Of a DNA stretch of 5,903 nucleotides, positions 5,537-5,903 are shown piece by piece. The stretch lies in the IMG/VR virus record IMGVR_UViG_3300020030_000138, positions 1 to 5,903 of that record; one strand, given 5' to 3'. The position numbers and the translations under genes are program-made. The number at the start of each line of letters is the position of its first letter. Position 1 is the stretch's first letter. Origin of the DNA: a virus. The notes below the pieces were generated by a model, which was not told where the DNA came from, searched no databases, and was given only the letters and a program-made list of their open reading frames with translations.

Positions 5537-5903
5537 TCAATATTTTAACGGAATATTCTCGTATCGACCTACCTTAACGCCTTTTCGAACACCATCAGCG
5601 TCATAATACTCTTCGTAGGAAGTTCTGGCGCCACCAACGGAACCTCGGGATTTAGCACCCATGCGCAGAGCAGCGGCGGCGGCAACACCTCCGGCAACGC
5701 GATCAGTAACAGACATCAACATGGGATGCTTACGCTGCCAGTTCATAAAACCTTCAGCAACACGACCCTGTTTGCCAATAGTATAGTCGAGACCTAAGAG
5801 ATATGCGGCAATCTCGCGACCGGTCATCTTTCGCTTACCACGAAGTTTGCCGTCTTCATCAACATCATCAACTTCGATCTCTGTGTTCCAATTCACATCA
5901 AAC
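5537..5903 (-). CDS. VP2: VP2 C-terminal part. Only 5537..5782 is unique sequence; 5783..5903 duplicates 1..121. Stop codon TGA at 5539..5537.
   Basis: The track ORF 5537..5896 starts at a GTG that is an internal Val codon of the longer frame (FDVNWNTEIEV...). It is in phase with the 1008 start after circular closure. It ends ...GRYENIPLKY* and is followed by a T8 run. Confidence 0.8.
   Translation of the reverse strand, partial: FDVNWNTEIEVDDVDEDGKLRGKRKMTGREIAAYLLGLDYTIGKQGRVAEGFMNWQRKHPMLMSVTDRVAGGVAAAAALRMGAKSRGSVGGARTSYEEYYDADGVRKGVKVGRYENIPLKY
5783..5903. repeat. Terminal redundancy, copy 2; identical to 1..121
   Basis: Same as copy 1. The match starts at a5783 and runs to the window end. 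Confidence 0.97.

Larger units (their letters stand above)
1..5782 (-). other. One full unit of a circular Microviridae ssDNA phage genome, with the coding/virion-sense strand on the minus strand of this window
   Basis: VP1, VP2 and VP4 hallmark genes are all present on one strand. Positions 1..121 are exactly repeated at 5783..5903, giving a 5782-nt period. The VP2 reading frame is continuous across the junction: 1008 and 5896-5782=114 are in the same codon phase. Genome size and gene content are typical of non-phiX Microviridae. Confidence 0.85.

Noticed and set aside
1-5903. Looked for tRNA or other RNA genes, CRISPR repeats, integrase or transposase, toxin-antitoxin or defence-type genes
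   Set aside because: There are no spaced direct repeats apart from the assembly overlap, and no cloverleaf-like regions in the short spacers. Every long ORF is accounted for by phage structural or replication functions.

Overview
The window appears to be one complete circular ssDNA phage genome of the family Microviridae. It resembles the gokushovirus/alpavirus-type lineages, not the phiX174 type. It is presented as the reverse complement of the coding, virion-sense strand. Bases 1..121 are identical to 5783..5903, so the contig closes into a 5782-nt circle. All credible genes lie on the minus strand and are tightly packed, with 1-nt overlap to 13-nt gaps inside gene blocks. In minus-strand order they are: three small unknown ORFs (86, 97 and 69-71 aa), the rolling-circle replication initiator VP4 (354 aa), the major capsid protein VP1 (606 aa), an acidic 103-aa protein, a 221-nt non-coding region with a strong stem-loop, a 65-aa lipoprotein-like membrane ORF, and the pilot/minor capsid protein VP2. 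VP2 is 417 aa once the circle is closed and is split across the window ends. No start codon has a Shine-Dalgarno sequence. One intergenic spacer carries a good Bacteroides-type promoter (TTTG-N19-TAnnTTTG), which suggests a Bacteroidota host. I found no tRNA, rRNA, CRISPR array, integrase or defence system. The items most worth follow-up are the small lipoprotein-like ORF (a candidate lysis or exclusion gene), a decayed VP2 C-terminal-like fragment in the non-coding region, the stem-loop, and the three-ORF accessory block. The plus-strand ORFs and the +1-frame hydrophobic ORFs in the track are best explained by composition.
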